Virus record (IMG/VR): IMGVR_UViG_3300011888_000002
Coordinates: 1-42,939 of that record
DNA length: 42,939 bases
Direction: 5' to 3' (one strand)
Source of the DNA: a virus
Shown piece after piece: positions 1 to 9,102 of this stretch (within the stretch, counting starts at the first letter, position 1; every line of letters begins with the position of its first letter). The position numbers and the translations under genes are program-made. The notes beneath the pieces were generated by a model. It did no database searches and was not told the origin of the DNA. It saw only the letters and a program-made list of their open reading frames with translations.

Positions 1-77
1 ACAGACAAAGTACAAGCTAAACAAGACTTAGAATTTTGCAGTGCTGAGCTGTCTAAATATCAGAATCTCAGTCGATC
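1..77. repeat. Terminal direct repeat, identical to 42863..42939 (assembly overlap of a circular molecule)
   Basis: acagacaaagtacaagctaaacaagac...cagtcgatc read at both ends base by base. Confidence 0.97.
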
Positions 78-174
78 AGGATTGACACGAAATGAGCTAC
101 TGGCAATTGATGGAATCATGATTAAGTTGAAGGAGCGTATTAAGAATTTGCGGTTCGCTTTATATGGATCCTAA
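1..174 (+). CDS. Hypothetical 57-aa protein, 3' part of the junction-spanning ORF (ATG at 42860)
   Basis: Frame 1 is open from base 1 to TAA 172-174. Joined to 42860..42862 it gives MTDKVQAKQDLEFCSAELSKYQNLSRSGLTRNELLAIDGIMIKLKERIKNLRFALYGS. The stop overlaps the next start (ATG 164). Confidence 0.5.
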   Translation, partial: TDKVQAKQDLEFCSAELSKYQNLSRSGLTRNELLAIDGIMIKLKERIKNLRFALYGS

Positions 175-604
175 GCACTATAAAAAATTAACTGATAAAG
201 ACCCAATCAAAAATAAACCTCGTAACAGGCCACTACCCAAAGCTGGTGAAAAATACCTAGAAGCATTCGATCGACTGAAAGAAATTCTTGATCGGATGGA
301 AATCAAATATGAAGAATATTTTCATTTCAAAACCACTAAGCACTGGCGTTTCGATTTGCACCTGGTCGGCTATCTCACATTGATTGAAATAGCGGGTGGT
401 CCGTGGTCTGGTGGCCGTAAGGGTAAGCTGGCGACTAAAGCATGGAGCATTGATCGTTATGACCATGCTGAAGAAATGGGATATCGGTATATACGCTTTG
501 AAGTATCTGATATCTCATCATCCAACAGGGCTATACAGTGGCTTAGAAATTTAAAGGCATCTTATGGAACAGTTCAGACCATTCCCACCGACAGATCTGA
601 TTGA
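164..604 (+). CDS. Vsr/DUF559-like PD-(D/E)XK-fold endonuclease-type protein, paralog of 41422..41838
   Basis: The core KHWRFDLHL..LIEIAGGPWSGGRKG..GYRYIRF aligns with RKWRADFHL..LVEVEGGIWSGGRHT..GFQVIRF in the second copy. The second acidic residue of the E-x-E box is Ala here. Confidence 0.6.
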   Translation: MDPKHYKKLTDKDPIKNKPRNRPLPKAGEKYLEAFDRLKEILDRMEIKYEEYFHFKTTKHWRFDLHLVGYLTLIEIAGGPWSGGRKGKLATKAWSIDRYDHAEEMGYRYIRFEVSDISSSNRAIQWLRNLKASYGTVQTIPTDRSD

Positions 605-1205
605 TCAGGCCGAAGAAGAGGAAGCCATTCGCTTGGCACCTGCACCAGAACTTAAAGAATGGGTCATGAATAACTGGCTTACTTTAGGTGGTGAATTACA
701 TAACCCGGATCATGATCATATTGCCGAGCTGCTACACGACAATGAAGAGTTTCTTGCATTCGCCTGGGCTTCATCTGCCGCTCTAGCGAAAAAACGTATG
801 GTATTGGGTCAATGTGAAAAGGTTATGTTTAACGTGGGTGGCTGGAAGAAAGCACGCCAGGAACAACAGATGCGGGATTGGTTTGGTTTTGTGCCGCAAT
901 ATCTGATTACCATTGATGCTACTTATTGCGAACAGGCAACAGATCGAGACTTCTGCCGGTTGATTGAGCATGAGCTTTATCACATCGGTGTAGAACGTGA
1001 TGAAGATGGCGAAATCATTTATAGCGATATGACTGGGCTGCCTAAGCATTACTTGGCTGGCCATGACGTGGAAGTGTTCTTTGGTGAGACTAAACGATGG
1101 GGAGCTGATGATTCAGTGAAACGTCTCGTTGAAATTGCCAAGAATGCGCCGTTTGTATCTGAAATAAGTATTGCTGCGTGTTGTGGGAACTGTGTCATCG
1201 GTTAA
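564..1205 (+). CDS. Putative phage metallopeptidase (HExxH)
   Basis: CRLIEHELYHIG zinc-binding HExxH motif. The size and the position just upstream of the terminase genes are typical of the phage metallopeptidase family. The start is uncertain (41-nt overlap with the previous ORF; alternative ATG at 666). Confidence 0.6.
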   Translation: MEQFRPFPPTDLIDQAEEEEAIRLAPAPELKEWVMNNWLTLGGELHNPDHDHIAELLHDNEEFLAFAWASSAALAKKRMVLGQCEKVMFNVGGWKKARQEQQMRDWFGFVPQYLITIDATYCEQATDRDFCRLIEHELYHIGVERDEDGEIIYSDMTGLPKHYLAGHDVEVFFGETKRWGADDSVKRLVEIAKNAPFVSEISIAACCGNCVIG

Positions 1206-1252
1206 ATTTTTTTGCCTATCTTGCTATACGTAGCTATACAAAAGGGGTGTTT

Positions 1253-1717
1253 ATGGCAGCACTTAAAGAGCCTGTAAAAATGTTTATAGTTCAGTCTCTT
1301 GCTTGCTTTGAAACACCTCAACAAGTAGTGGAAGCAGTAAAGCAAGAATATAAGATTGAGATTACTAGGCAGCAGGTCGCACTTTATGATCCAACCAAAG
1401 TGGCTGGACGAAACCTAAGTAAAAAATTGATAGAGCTATTTCACCAGACACGTAAGGACTTTCGCGAAAATATTGAAGATATTGCAATTGCTAATAAAGC
1501 CTTTCGTTTGCGTGAACTCCAGAAGATGTATGAAGATTCTGGAAAAAATAAGCGAGCAAAACAAAACCTGCTGAAGCAAGCCTTTCAAGAAACGGATGGC
1601 CGTGTGACTAAGCAGGAAATTACCGGTAAAGATGGTAAGCCAATAGAAACCATCAATCAGAATGTACCTACGGATAGCTACCTGAAAGCACGGGAGCGAG
1701 TTCTAAATGAATACTGA
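1253..1717 (+). CDS. terS: Terminase small subunit-like DNA-binding protein (DUF2280-type)
   Basis: The track ORF 1178 is trimmed to ATG 1253, which follows the RBS AAAGGGG (1241-1247). The N-terminus MAALKEPVKMFIVQSLACFETPQQV matches the family found directly upstream of terL. The stop overlaps the terL start. Confidence 0.6.
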   Translation: MAALKEPVKMFIVQSLACFETPQQVVEAVKQEYKIEITRQQVALYDPTKVAGRNLSKKLIELFHQTRKDFRENIEDIAIANKAFRLRELQKMYEDSGKNKRAKQNLLKQAFQETDGRVTKQEITGKDGKPIETINQNVPTDSYLKARERVLNEY

Positions 1718-3113
1718 CCTAGCACGGGAATTAGCGATTCAGCTTGAAGCTCAAGAAGATCTATATTTCTTTTCGCGTTTTATGTTTAAGGAACGGCGTA
1801 AGTACAAATGGCTGCATAACTGGCACCACCGTGTGGTATGTGATGCGCTAATGAAGGTGTATCGGGGTGAAACCAAAAGACTGATCATCAATATTCCACC
1901 CCGATATTCTAAAACAGAGCTGGCAGTAATTAATTTCATGGCCTGGTGTTTTGGCAAAGCGCCTGACAGTGAGTTTATTCATGTCAGCTACTCAGCAACA
2001 CTCGCAGCAAATAACGCATTCCAGACTCGTAACTTGGTGCAGGAAGCAGCCTATAAGCGTGTTTTTCCTGATTTTGAATTGCGTGATGATAGTAAGGCTA
2101 AGGATGATTGGCGTACCGCTGAAGGTGGTGTCTGCTATTCACAAGGAACCGGCGGTACTATTACAGGTTTTGGTGCTGGTAAATTTCGAGATTCATTTGG
2201 CGGGGCAATCATTATTGATGACCCGCATAAAGCCAGTGAAGCCCGCTCTGATACGATCCGTAAGGGTGTAATCGAGTGGTTCCAAAATACACTTGAATCT
2301 CGTACCAACTCACCAGATACACCCATCATTGTCATCATGCAGCGTTTGCATGAGGAAGATTTGGCAGGCTGGCTGCTTGACGGGGGGAATGGTGAAGAAT
2401 GGGAACACTTATGCCTTTCTGCAATCCAGGATGATGGCTCAGCACTCTGGCCAGCTAAACATAGCATTGAGACGCTTGAAAGAATGGAGCTGGCAGCGCC
2501 GTATGTTTTTGCCGGCCAATATCGTCAACGACCCTCACCACCAGCCGGTGGTTTTTTTAAACCTGACAATATTGAAATTGTGGATGCGCTACCTGCCGAT
2601 ATTACCCACCAAGTACGTGCTTGGGACTTAGCTTCTTCTGAAAATGAAGGTGATTACACTGCAGGCGTAAAGGAAGCTAAAAGCCAAGATGGTTATATCT
2701 ATATCGTTGATGTGCAGCATGCACAGCTAGGTCCTGACGGCGTTGAAAAGCGCATTAAGCAAACTGCCGAGATGGATGGTAAATCAGTTACCATTCGACT
2801 ACCTCAGGATCCAGGTCAGGCGGGTAAAGCTCAAGCGAAGAACTTTATTACCAAGTTATCTGGTTTCAATGTAAAGGCAGAGACAGTATCGGGTGACAAG
2901 ATTACCCGGGCTCAGCCTTTTGCAGCCCAAGTCAACGTGGGGAATGTGAAAATGCTTCGTGGTGACTGGAATAAAGCATTCATTGAGGAATTACGAAACT
3001 TTCCGAATGGCAAACATGATGATCAGGTGGATGCTGGTAGCGATGCCTTTAACGAGCTGAATGAAGCTAGAACTCCAAAAAAACCTGCAGGTGCAGGATC
3101 TCGAACTTATTAA
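1707..3113 (+). CDS. terL: Terminase large subunit
   Basis: 468 aa with a Walker-A-like IINIPPRYSKTE, Walker B IIIDDPH, and a C-terminal RNaseH-like nuclease region with DDQVDA. Sits between terS and the portal gene. Confidence 0.9.
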   Translation: MNTDLARELAIQLEAQEDLYFFSRFMFKERRKYKWLHNWHHRVVCDALMKVYRGETKRLIINIPPRYSKTELAVINFMAWCFGKAPDSEFIHVSYSATLAANNAFQTRNLVQEAAYKRVFPDFELRDDSKAKDDWRTAEGGVCYSQGTGGTITGFGAGKFRDSFGGAIIIDDPHKASEARSDTIRKGVIEWFQNTLESRTNSPDTPIIVIMQRLHEEDLAGWLLDGGNGEEWEHLCLSAIQDDGSALWPAKHSIETLERMELAAPYVFAGQYRQRPSPPAGGFFKPDNIEIVDALPADITHQVRAWDLASSENEGDYTAGVKEAKSQDGYIYIVDVQHAQLGPDGVEKRIKQTAEMDGKSVTIRLPQDPGQAGKAQAKNFITKLSGFNVKAETVSGDKITRAQPFAAQVNVGNVKMLRGDWNKAFIEELRNFPNGKHDDQVDAGSDAFNELNEARTPKKPAGAGSRTY

Positions 3114-3122
3114 GGTGTTTAC

Positions 3123-4580
3123 ATGGCAAAGTCTAAAAAGGACAAAGCGTCAAAGAAGGCTTTGTCTTATGGCAATTTATACACTCAAGAAGCGGTCACT
3201 CAGTTTCTGGTGAACTTTGGCAAACAGCCTGATACGGATGAAGTACTACGCAAAGCAGGCATTACACGTCATAGATTACGTGTACTGCTTGATGATGATG
3301 AGATTGCTCAAGTAGTGGAAACGCGAATTGATGCATTGCTAGCTACGCCGTTGCGTGTTGAACCCAATGATACTGATGAAGCACAAAAGCTTAATCTGAT
3401 ATTGAAAGAATGGTTTCATGAAATTGCTACTGGTGCCATGAGTGCACTGTTCTTTGGTTATTCAGTACAAGAAGCTGTCTATGAGTTAAAACCAGAAGGC
3501 TATTTGGGTATTCAGTGGATTGGTGAAAAACCGATGCAGTGGTTTGAGCCTAAGAATGATGGTCGGCTAATCTATCGTCAGGATGGAAGCAATGCAGAGC
3601 ATGAAGTAGACCAGGTCTTTAAATTCTTTTTAACACGCCGTAAGGCTACATATGAACAGCCCTATGGCAAAGCGCTATTGGCTACCCTGTACTGGTTGTT
3701 CTTCTTTAAGCAAAATGGATTCAAGTTCTGGGCTAAATTTCTGGAGCGTTTTGGAACGCCAATCTTACTGGGTAAGTGTGAAGACACTGAAACCGAGGAC
3801 ATGAGCAGAGCATTACTAAATGCGCATGCTCAAAGTGTTTTGGCTATTGATGCTGAAGATGATGTTCAGATTTTGTCTACATCAGGGACAAGTGGTACTG
3901 CTGGTGCTGCGTTTGAATCATTCAATAACCAACTGATTCGCCAGATCCAAAAGGTTGTATTAGGGCAGACGCTTACCAGTGGTACTGATGGAAAGGGAAG
4001 CTATAGTCTTGGCCAAGTGCATGAAAATGTACGGATGGACAAGCTTAAGTCAGATATTCGCCTAGTAACACCAACCCTGCAAGCTGTAGTCGACTCATTA
4101 TGTGTCTTGAATGGGTGGTCTAAATATACAGTTATGTTGGGTGAAAAGCCAAAACCACTGAATAAGGACCAGGCAGAGCGAGACGTACGCTTAAAAAATG
4201 CAGGTGCCAATCTTTCTAAAGATTACTTCATTCGTGAGTATGGGCTGCAAGAAGAAGATCTGGTTGATCAAGTCCAAACTGGTTTCAATCAATTCACTGC
4301 ATTACCTCGCCAGGCATTCAACTTTAAGGCAACAGCCAACAAGCTCTCACCAGAACAGCAGGAAGTTGAAGAACTGACTGATGGTCAGGATGAATTGCAG
4401 CTACTGAAACCAGATCAGGTCAAGGAATTGGTATTCAAGTCTGATAGCCCTGAAAGTCTGGCTTATAACCTGATGCAATTAATACCTGGTGCAACTCAGA
4501 CACAGTTCACAGCTAATCTGGACCAAGCTTTATATGCTGCAGATGTGTTGGGGTATGTGACGGCTCAAAACGGGAAGTAA
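3123..4580 (+). CDS. Portal protein (Mu gp29/DUF935-like)
   Basis: 485 aa immediately after terL and followed by a MuF-type gene. RBS AAGGTG precedes the ATG. Confidence 0.85.
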   Translation: MAKSKKDKASKKALSYGNLYTQEAVTQFLVNFGKQPDTDEVLRKAGITRHRLRVLLDDDEIAQVVETRIDALLATPLRVEPNDTDEAQKLNLILKEWFHEIATGAMSALFFGYSVQEAVYELKPEGYLGIQWIGEKPMQWFEPKNDGRLIYRQDGSNAEHEVDQVFKFFLTRRKATYEQPYGKALLATLYWLFFFKQNGFKFWAKFLERFGTPILLGKCEDTETEDMSRALLNAHAQSVLAIDAEDDVQILSTSGTSGTAGAAFESFNNQLIRQIQKVVLGQTLTSGTDGKGSYSLGQVHENVRMDKLKSDIRLVTPTLQAVVDSLCVLNGWSKYTVMLGEKPKPLNKDQAERDVRLKNAGANLSKDYFIREYGLQEEDLVDQVQTGFNQFTALPRQAFNFKATANKLSPEQQEVEELTDGQDELQLLKPDQVKELVFKSDSPESLAYNLMQLIPGATQTQFTANLDQALYAADVLGYVTAQNGK

Positions 4581-4583
4581 GCT

Positions 4584-5789
4584 ATGCAACCAGTCACGTT
4601 TCTTGAGGCGCTTCGGTACGCTCACAGTAAAAAGATCGTGCTACCTGATGAGTTTTATTCAATGGACCTTAAGACCCGACAGATGGCGACTACGGTTAGC
4701 TTTCTATCGAGTCTTGAGCAGATTGAAACAGTCATTAAGGCGGTGAATAAATCCATTGCTGACGGCGGTACTTTCAAGGATTTTCAGAAGCTAATTGAAG
4801 AATCTGAAATCATTCTGCCAAAGTATTACCTGGACAATGTATTTCGTACCAATATCCAAAGTGCTTATGGGCATGGTCGGTGGCAACAACAGCAACGGAA
4901 TAAGGCTAAACGACCTTACCTGATGTACTCGGCGATCAATGATAGTCGAGTGCGTCCAAGTCATTTGGCCTTGAATCGGATTGTATTGCCTATTGATCAT
5001 CCATTCTGGCTGACACATTATCCTCCCACAGGTTTCCGCTGTCGGTGCACATGCATAGCATTAACTGAGAAACAGGCGTTGAAATACGGCATTACACCTG
5101 ACGATAAGCTACCAGAGATTGCTGAAGCTTTGGATTGGTCATCACATCCATTGCAGTTTGGTGAACTTGAGTCGCTGGTAGATAAAAAGATCAGCACTTC
5201 AAGTCTGGATAAAGAATATCTCCTCAAGCAGAAAGAGGTCATTAAGGCTGAATGGGCGGCGAGTAAAAAGCTCACCAGTCTGTTTGCTCCAATGGATGAT
5301 AAGACTCGGGACTTATTCGATACTGTGGCCAATACAGTAATACCACTTGATCCAAGCATTCGACCAAGTGCGATTCGGACTTTCCTTGATTATGTACAGG
5401 GGAATGATTCAGCGCTGACCAGCTATTTAAACTCAGCTACAAGCTCTCTGGCCGATGATGTACTTAAGCGCTGGCTGAGTACCGACATGGCAGCTATTCA
5501 GGCTGTGGCGAGTAATACGACTTCAACTGTGATGGGTGCTGCGACTCTTAATCAAGTAGCAGCTTATCAGGTGGGGCAGACAGTTCAATTGAATGCGCCG
5601 TTGCTGATGATTGATACAGCTTCAGATATCGCAATTAAGATTGAGAATGCCAAAGGGCTAGGTGTTGATCTGGATATGCTGAATGCTGGGAATGGTGTTC
5701 TCATGCCGATGGGATTGTCATTTGAAGTGGTTTCGATTGAAACAGTTGAAGGGCGGGTGGTTTATACACTCAAGCCTTTGTTGAATTAG
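4584..5789 (+). CDS. Head morphogenesis protein (Mu F / SPP1 gp7 family)
   Basis: YLMYSAINDSRVRPSHLALNRIVLPIDHPFW..PPTGFRCRCTCIAL is the signature region of the Phage_Mu_F family. Confidence 0.85.
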   Translation: MQPVTFLEALRYAHSKKIVLPDEFYSMDLKTRQMATTVSFLSSLEQIETVIKAVNKSIADGGTFKDFQKLIEESEIILPKYYLDNVFRTNIQSAYGHGRWQQQQRNKAKRPYLMYSAINDSRVRPSHLALNRIVLPIDHPFWLTHYPPTGFRCRCTCIALTEKQALKYGITPDDKLPEIAEALDWSSHPLQFGELESLVDKKISTSSLDKEYLLKQKEVIKAEWAASKKLTSLFAPMDDKTRDLFDTVANTVIPLDPSIRPSAIRTFLDYVQGNDSALTSYLNSATSSLADDVLKRWLSTDMAAIQAVASNTTSTVMGAATLNQVAAYQVGQTVQLNAPLLMIDTASDIAIKIENAKGLGVDLDMLNAGNGVLMPMGLSFEVVSIETVEGRVVYTLKPLLN

Positions 5790-5807
5790 TTTTTAAAATG
5801 AATATGA

Positions 5808-5829
5808 CCGCCTTCAGGGCGGTTTTTTA
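5808..5829 (+). terminator. Hairpin plus T-run after the MuF gene
   Basis: accgcc (5808-5813) / ggcggt (5819-5824) with a 5-nt loop, then TTTTT. Confidence 0.7.
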
Positions 5830-5842
5830 TGGAGCATGAAAA

Positions 5843-6814
5843 ATGCCTGAACTTAATCAGGAGCATTTGCGCTGTCAGTTTACGGCTGTAAATGTTCCGA
5901 TCACTACAGTAGAAGATGGTGAAAAAAAGCGCCGTACGTTTGAAGCGGAAGTATATAGCGGTGGTCGCATCGACAATCACTATTACTGGGGCCGTGCAGG
6001 TGTAGTTATTGACCTCCAAGGACTGCAACTAAAACCCAAAACCGGGCTTGTTGAAGAGCATTTTGGTGGTAAGCGTGTCGGTGTGGCTACTTCATACGAA
6101 ATCAGTCAAACCTTTAAGGCAAAAGGTCATTTTCTTAGCAATGCAAAAGCTAAAGAAATTGTGCAAGACATCGATGAGGAATATCCATTTCAAATGTCTT
6201 GGTGGGCTGATCCCGAATCCATTGAAGAAATTGCACCAGGTAAAACAGTTGAAGTAAACGGTCAGCAATTTACTGGTCCATTACATGTATTCCGAAATGT
6301 GCGAGTGCATGAAATCACAATTTGCGGTGTAGGTGCAGATACTCAAACCACTATCGAAGCCTTCTCAGGCAAAGCCAATCCAAACCCAACCAAAGAGGAC
6401 ACCGACGTGACCGAATTAGAAAAAGCACAACAGGCCAAAGAGCAGGCAGAGCGTGAACGTGATGATGCATTAGCTGAACTTAAGCAATTCAAAGCGCAAA
6501 AGCGTGCTGATGAAATTGCAGCTTTAGAAACTGAGCTGAAAACACAGTTTAGTGCTGAAGATAAAACGGCTTATACCAATATGGATGATTCGGTTTTTGC
6601 TTTTACTGCAAAGCAACTTCGTCAATTTTCTGCAGGTAGCCAGCAACCACCAGCTACACCACAGACACAACAAATACCAAGTGTAAATCCAGCATTTGCT
6701 CACTTATTCACTCATCAAGCCAATCCAGGGCAGGGTAACCAGTCTACTAACACTGATACTCACAAATTCACTTCTGGTGCACAAGCATTCGCAGAACAAA
6801 ACAAGGGGAAATAA
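5843..6814 (+). CDS. Putative prohead protease with C-terminal scaffold-like coiled-coil/Q-P-rich region
   Basis: The N-terminal ~175 aa ends in VHEITICGVGADTQT, which resembles the conserved C-terminal strand of HK97-type prohead proteases. It is followed by EKAQQAKEQAERERDDALAELKQFKAQKR. Located between MuF and the decoration/capsid genes. Confidence 0.55.
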   Translation: MPELNQEHLRCQFTAVNVPITTVEDGEKKRRTFEAEVYSGGRIDNHYYWGRAGVVIDLQGLQLKPKTGLVEEHFGGKRVGVATSYEISQTFKAKGHFLSNAKAKEIVQDIDEEYPFQMSWWADPESIEEIAPGKTVEVNGQQFTGPLHVFRNVRVHEITICGVGADTQTTIEAFSGKANPNPTKEDTDVTELEKAQQAKEQAERERDDALAELKQFKAQKRADEIAALETELKTQFSAEDKTAYTNMDDSVFAFTAKQLRQFSAGSQQPPATPQTQQIPSVNPAFAHLFTHQANPGQGNQSTNTDTHKFTSGAQAFAEQNKGK

Positions 6815-6817
6815 TTC

Positions 6818-7189
6818 ATGAGCCAGGTTATTCCAAAAATTACGGTCCAGTCTAAAAAGCTGGTCCTAGACAATGAAAAGTTACGACGTGCCAATGCCAA
6901 AGTAACTACCGCTACAGCCTATAAAAAAGGTGACTTACTTACACTTTCAGATGCGAATGTACTCACACACGCTACTGATGAAAAAACATGGGATGTGATT
7001 TGTGGCCAAGACGTTACGGCTGCAGAAGCCACAATCAAGGCCGCTGATGGAATCGAAATTCCGGTCTACTACGGCGGGGTTTTCAGTATTGAAGCTGTAT
7101 CGCTTAATGGGACTTTGCTTGCTACTGAAGAATATGATGCAGCGCGTGCACAGGCAACTAAAAACAAAATCGAACTTTCTAAGGTGTAA
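6818..7189 (+). CDS. Head decoration protein (lambda gpD-like)
   Basis: 123 aa directly upstream of an E-type capsid gene, with size and sequence style of the gpD family. Confidence 0.6.
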   Translation: MSQVIPKITVQSKKLVLDNEKLRRANAKVTTATAYKKGDLLTLSDANVLTHATDEKTWDVICGQDVTAAEATIKAADGIEIPVYYGGVFSIEAVSLNGTLLATEEYDAARAQATKNKIELSKV

Positions 7190-7194
7190 ACAAC

Positions 7195-8274
7195 ATGCCA
7201 CAGTCTTTTAATATTGAAGGTGCTCCACTCGAACTTCTTGATGTGGGTGAGCTGGCACTGATCCACTCGAATTACCGTCCAATGGACACATGGCTTTTAG
7301 ATAAGCTTTTCCCTAATCGCCCGTTATTCACGCGTGATGATGTGCCACTGGCTGAATTATCAGCTGAACATGATCTGGCACCACTGGTATCACCGCAACA
7401 GCCTGGTAAGCCATTTGATACTACTCAATCTGGTGAAGTACGCCACGTTAAACCGGCTTACTACAAGCCAAAGAATCAGGTCACTCCGGCAGAAACTTTT
7501 GAAATTGCCTTGCTTGAGCGTTTACGTACTGCAGGTATCATCTCAACTGGTAACCAGCGACTATCTGAGCAAGAGCAAATGATCATTGCTCAAATCTCAG
7601 TGATGAAGCGCAACCATGATGCGATTGATAACTCAGTCATGATGATGGCTATCGATTTACTGAAAAATGGTAAATACACGCTTCACTCAGATGATTATGA
7701 GCTCAACCTGGTGGATTACCGTCGTGATGCGTCTTTGACATATACGCCGTTGGTCAAATGGAATGAAGCGGGTGCCAAGCCAGTAACGGATATTCGCACC
7801 ATGCTTGAACGTCAATTGGCTGCTGATGGTGGTGAAGCTAAGCTGTCTGTTATGTCTGGCTTGGTTTGGGCGGCTCTCTGGAACAATGAAGAATTCAAAA
7901 AAGAATTCATCACGCCATATGCGGGTATTTCTGTTCCAGTGAATCCAAGCTTTGGTGTAAAAGAATCAGCAACCTTCAAAGGAAACTTTGATGGAATCGA
8001 ATTCTGGGTATATGACGCAACTTACCGTAACAAAGGTCAAGTGAAGCGCTTTATTCCTAAGGATTACTTCTCACTGATCTCTGATACCAATGGTTCGGTA
8101 GCTCACTGTAAGATTAAAAACATGTTGGCCAACGGCGTTGCTCAGCAATACTTTGACCGTCAGTGGTACTGTGAAGATCCAAGCGGCATTATGCTGATGA
8201 CTGAATCTGCTCCACTGGTTGCGCCGTCTAATAAGAACGGTGTAGTTGGTGGTACTGGCTTTATCACTCTATAA
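7195..8274 (+). CDS. Major capsid protein (lambda gpE-like)
   Basis: 359 aa. The N-terminus ..LIHSNYRPMDTWLLDKLFPNR..FTRDDVPLAELSAEHDLAPLVSPQQPGKP is typical of the Phage_cap_E family. Confidence 0.85.
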   Translation: MPQSFNIEGAPLELLDVGELALIHSNYRPMDTWLLDKLFPNRPLFTRDDVPLAELSAEHDLAPLVSPQQPGKPFDTTQSGEVRHVKPAYYKPKNQVTPAETFEIALLERLRTAGIISTGNQRLSEQEQMIIAQISVMKRNHDAIDNSVMMMAIDLLKNGKYTLHSDDYELNLVDYRRDASLTYTPLVKWNEAGAKPVTDIRTMLERQLAADGGEAKLSVMSGLVWAALWNNEEFKKEFITPYAGISVPVNPSFGVKESATFKGNFDGIEFWVYDATYRNKGQVKRFIPKDYFSLISDTNGSVAHCKIKNMLANGVAQQYFDRQWYCEDPSGIMLMTESAPLVAPSNKNGVVGGTGFITL

Positions 8275-8284
8275 GGAGCAAGAC

Positions 8285-8644
8285 ATGCCGAAGTACACAG
8301 CAAAACAATCCATCGGGCATTTTATGCCAGGTCAGGAAATTGAGGGGCTTGAAGCTAAACAACTTCAGGCCCTTTTAGCATCTGGGGCTATTGAAGAGGC
8401 GAAAGCCAAAGAAGAGCCCAAAGCGGATGGCACAGGTGCACGCTTGGCTGAACTGGAAAAGGCTAATGCTGAACTAACAGCAGCCAATGAAGCCTTAACT
8501 AAAGCCAATCAGACAGTGACTGCCGACAAGGCTAAAGCCGAGCAAGAAATTGCTGAGCTTAAAGCCAAGGTGGCTGAACTTGAAAAGGCGAAGCCTGCTG
8601 CAAAACCTAAAGCAGACTCAAAACCTGCTGACGAAACCAAGTAG
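8285..8644 (+). CDS. Hypothetical protein with Ala/Lys/Glu-rich coiled coil; N-terminal domain paralogous to 10007..10180
   Basis: The track ORF 8246 is trimmed to ATG 8285 after the RBS AAGGAG (8273-8278). The product starts MPKYTAKQSIGHFMPGQEIEGLEAKQLQALLASGAIEE. Confidence 0.6.
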   Translation: MPKYTAKQSIGHFMPGQEIEGLEAKQLQALLASGAIEEAKAKEEPKADGTGARLAELEKANAELTAANEALTKANQTVTADKAKAEQEIAELKAKVAELEKAKPAAKPKADSKPADETK

Positions 8645-8651
8645 GTGATCT

Positions 8652-9095
8652 ATGTATGCGACTAAAGCTGATTTAGTCGCTCGATTTGGTGAAAACGTAC
8701 TTAACCTTGCACTCATGTTTCCTGCTGATGCTCCAGATCCATTAGAGACAGCATTGCAAGATGCTTGTGAGGAAGTGGACGGATATCTAGCAGTACGCTA
8801 CCCATTACCCTTGCCAAATGTGCCTAACAATTTAAAGCGAATAGTGTGTGAAATTGCTCGCTATAAACTTTATTTCGAGGAAGCACCTGAAGCTACCGAA
8901 GTCCGTTACAGGATGGCGATAGATTTCTTAAAGGGTTTACGGGATGGCAAAAACTCACTGGCAATTTTAGATACCAGTAACCAAATTAGCGACGACCAAC
9001 CCAAAGGCAGACCTTCAACAGCACCGGTCGGTACTTCATATACCGGTGGTGTATTTGGAGATTCTATCTTGGACCAGATGCCCAGCTTGAAGTGA
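8652..9095 (+). CDS. Head-tail connector protein (Mu gp36/DUF1320-like)
   Basis: MYATKADLVARFG...VDGYLAVRYPLPLPNVPNNLKRIVCEIARYKLY matches the DUF1320 pattern. Confidence 0.7.
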   Translation: MYATKADLVARFGENVLNLALMFPADAPDPLETALQDACEEVDGYLAVRYPLPLPNVPNNLKRIVCEIARYKLYFEEAPEATEVRYRMAIDFLKGLRDGKNSLAILDTSNQISDDQPKGRPSTAPVGTSYTGGVFGDSILDQMPSLK

Positions 9096-9102
9096 GGTGC
9101 TT

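Noticed and set aside
1178-1252. N-terminal extension of the terS ORF
   Set aside because: It overlaps the end of the previous gene and the intergenic region. An RBS sits directly before ATG 1253, where the conserved N-terminus begins.
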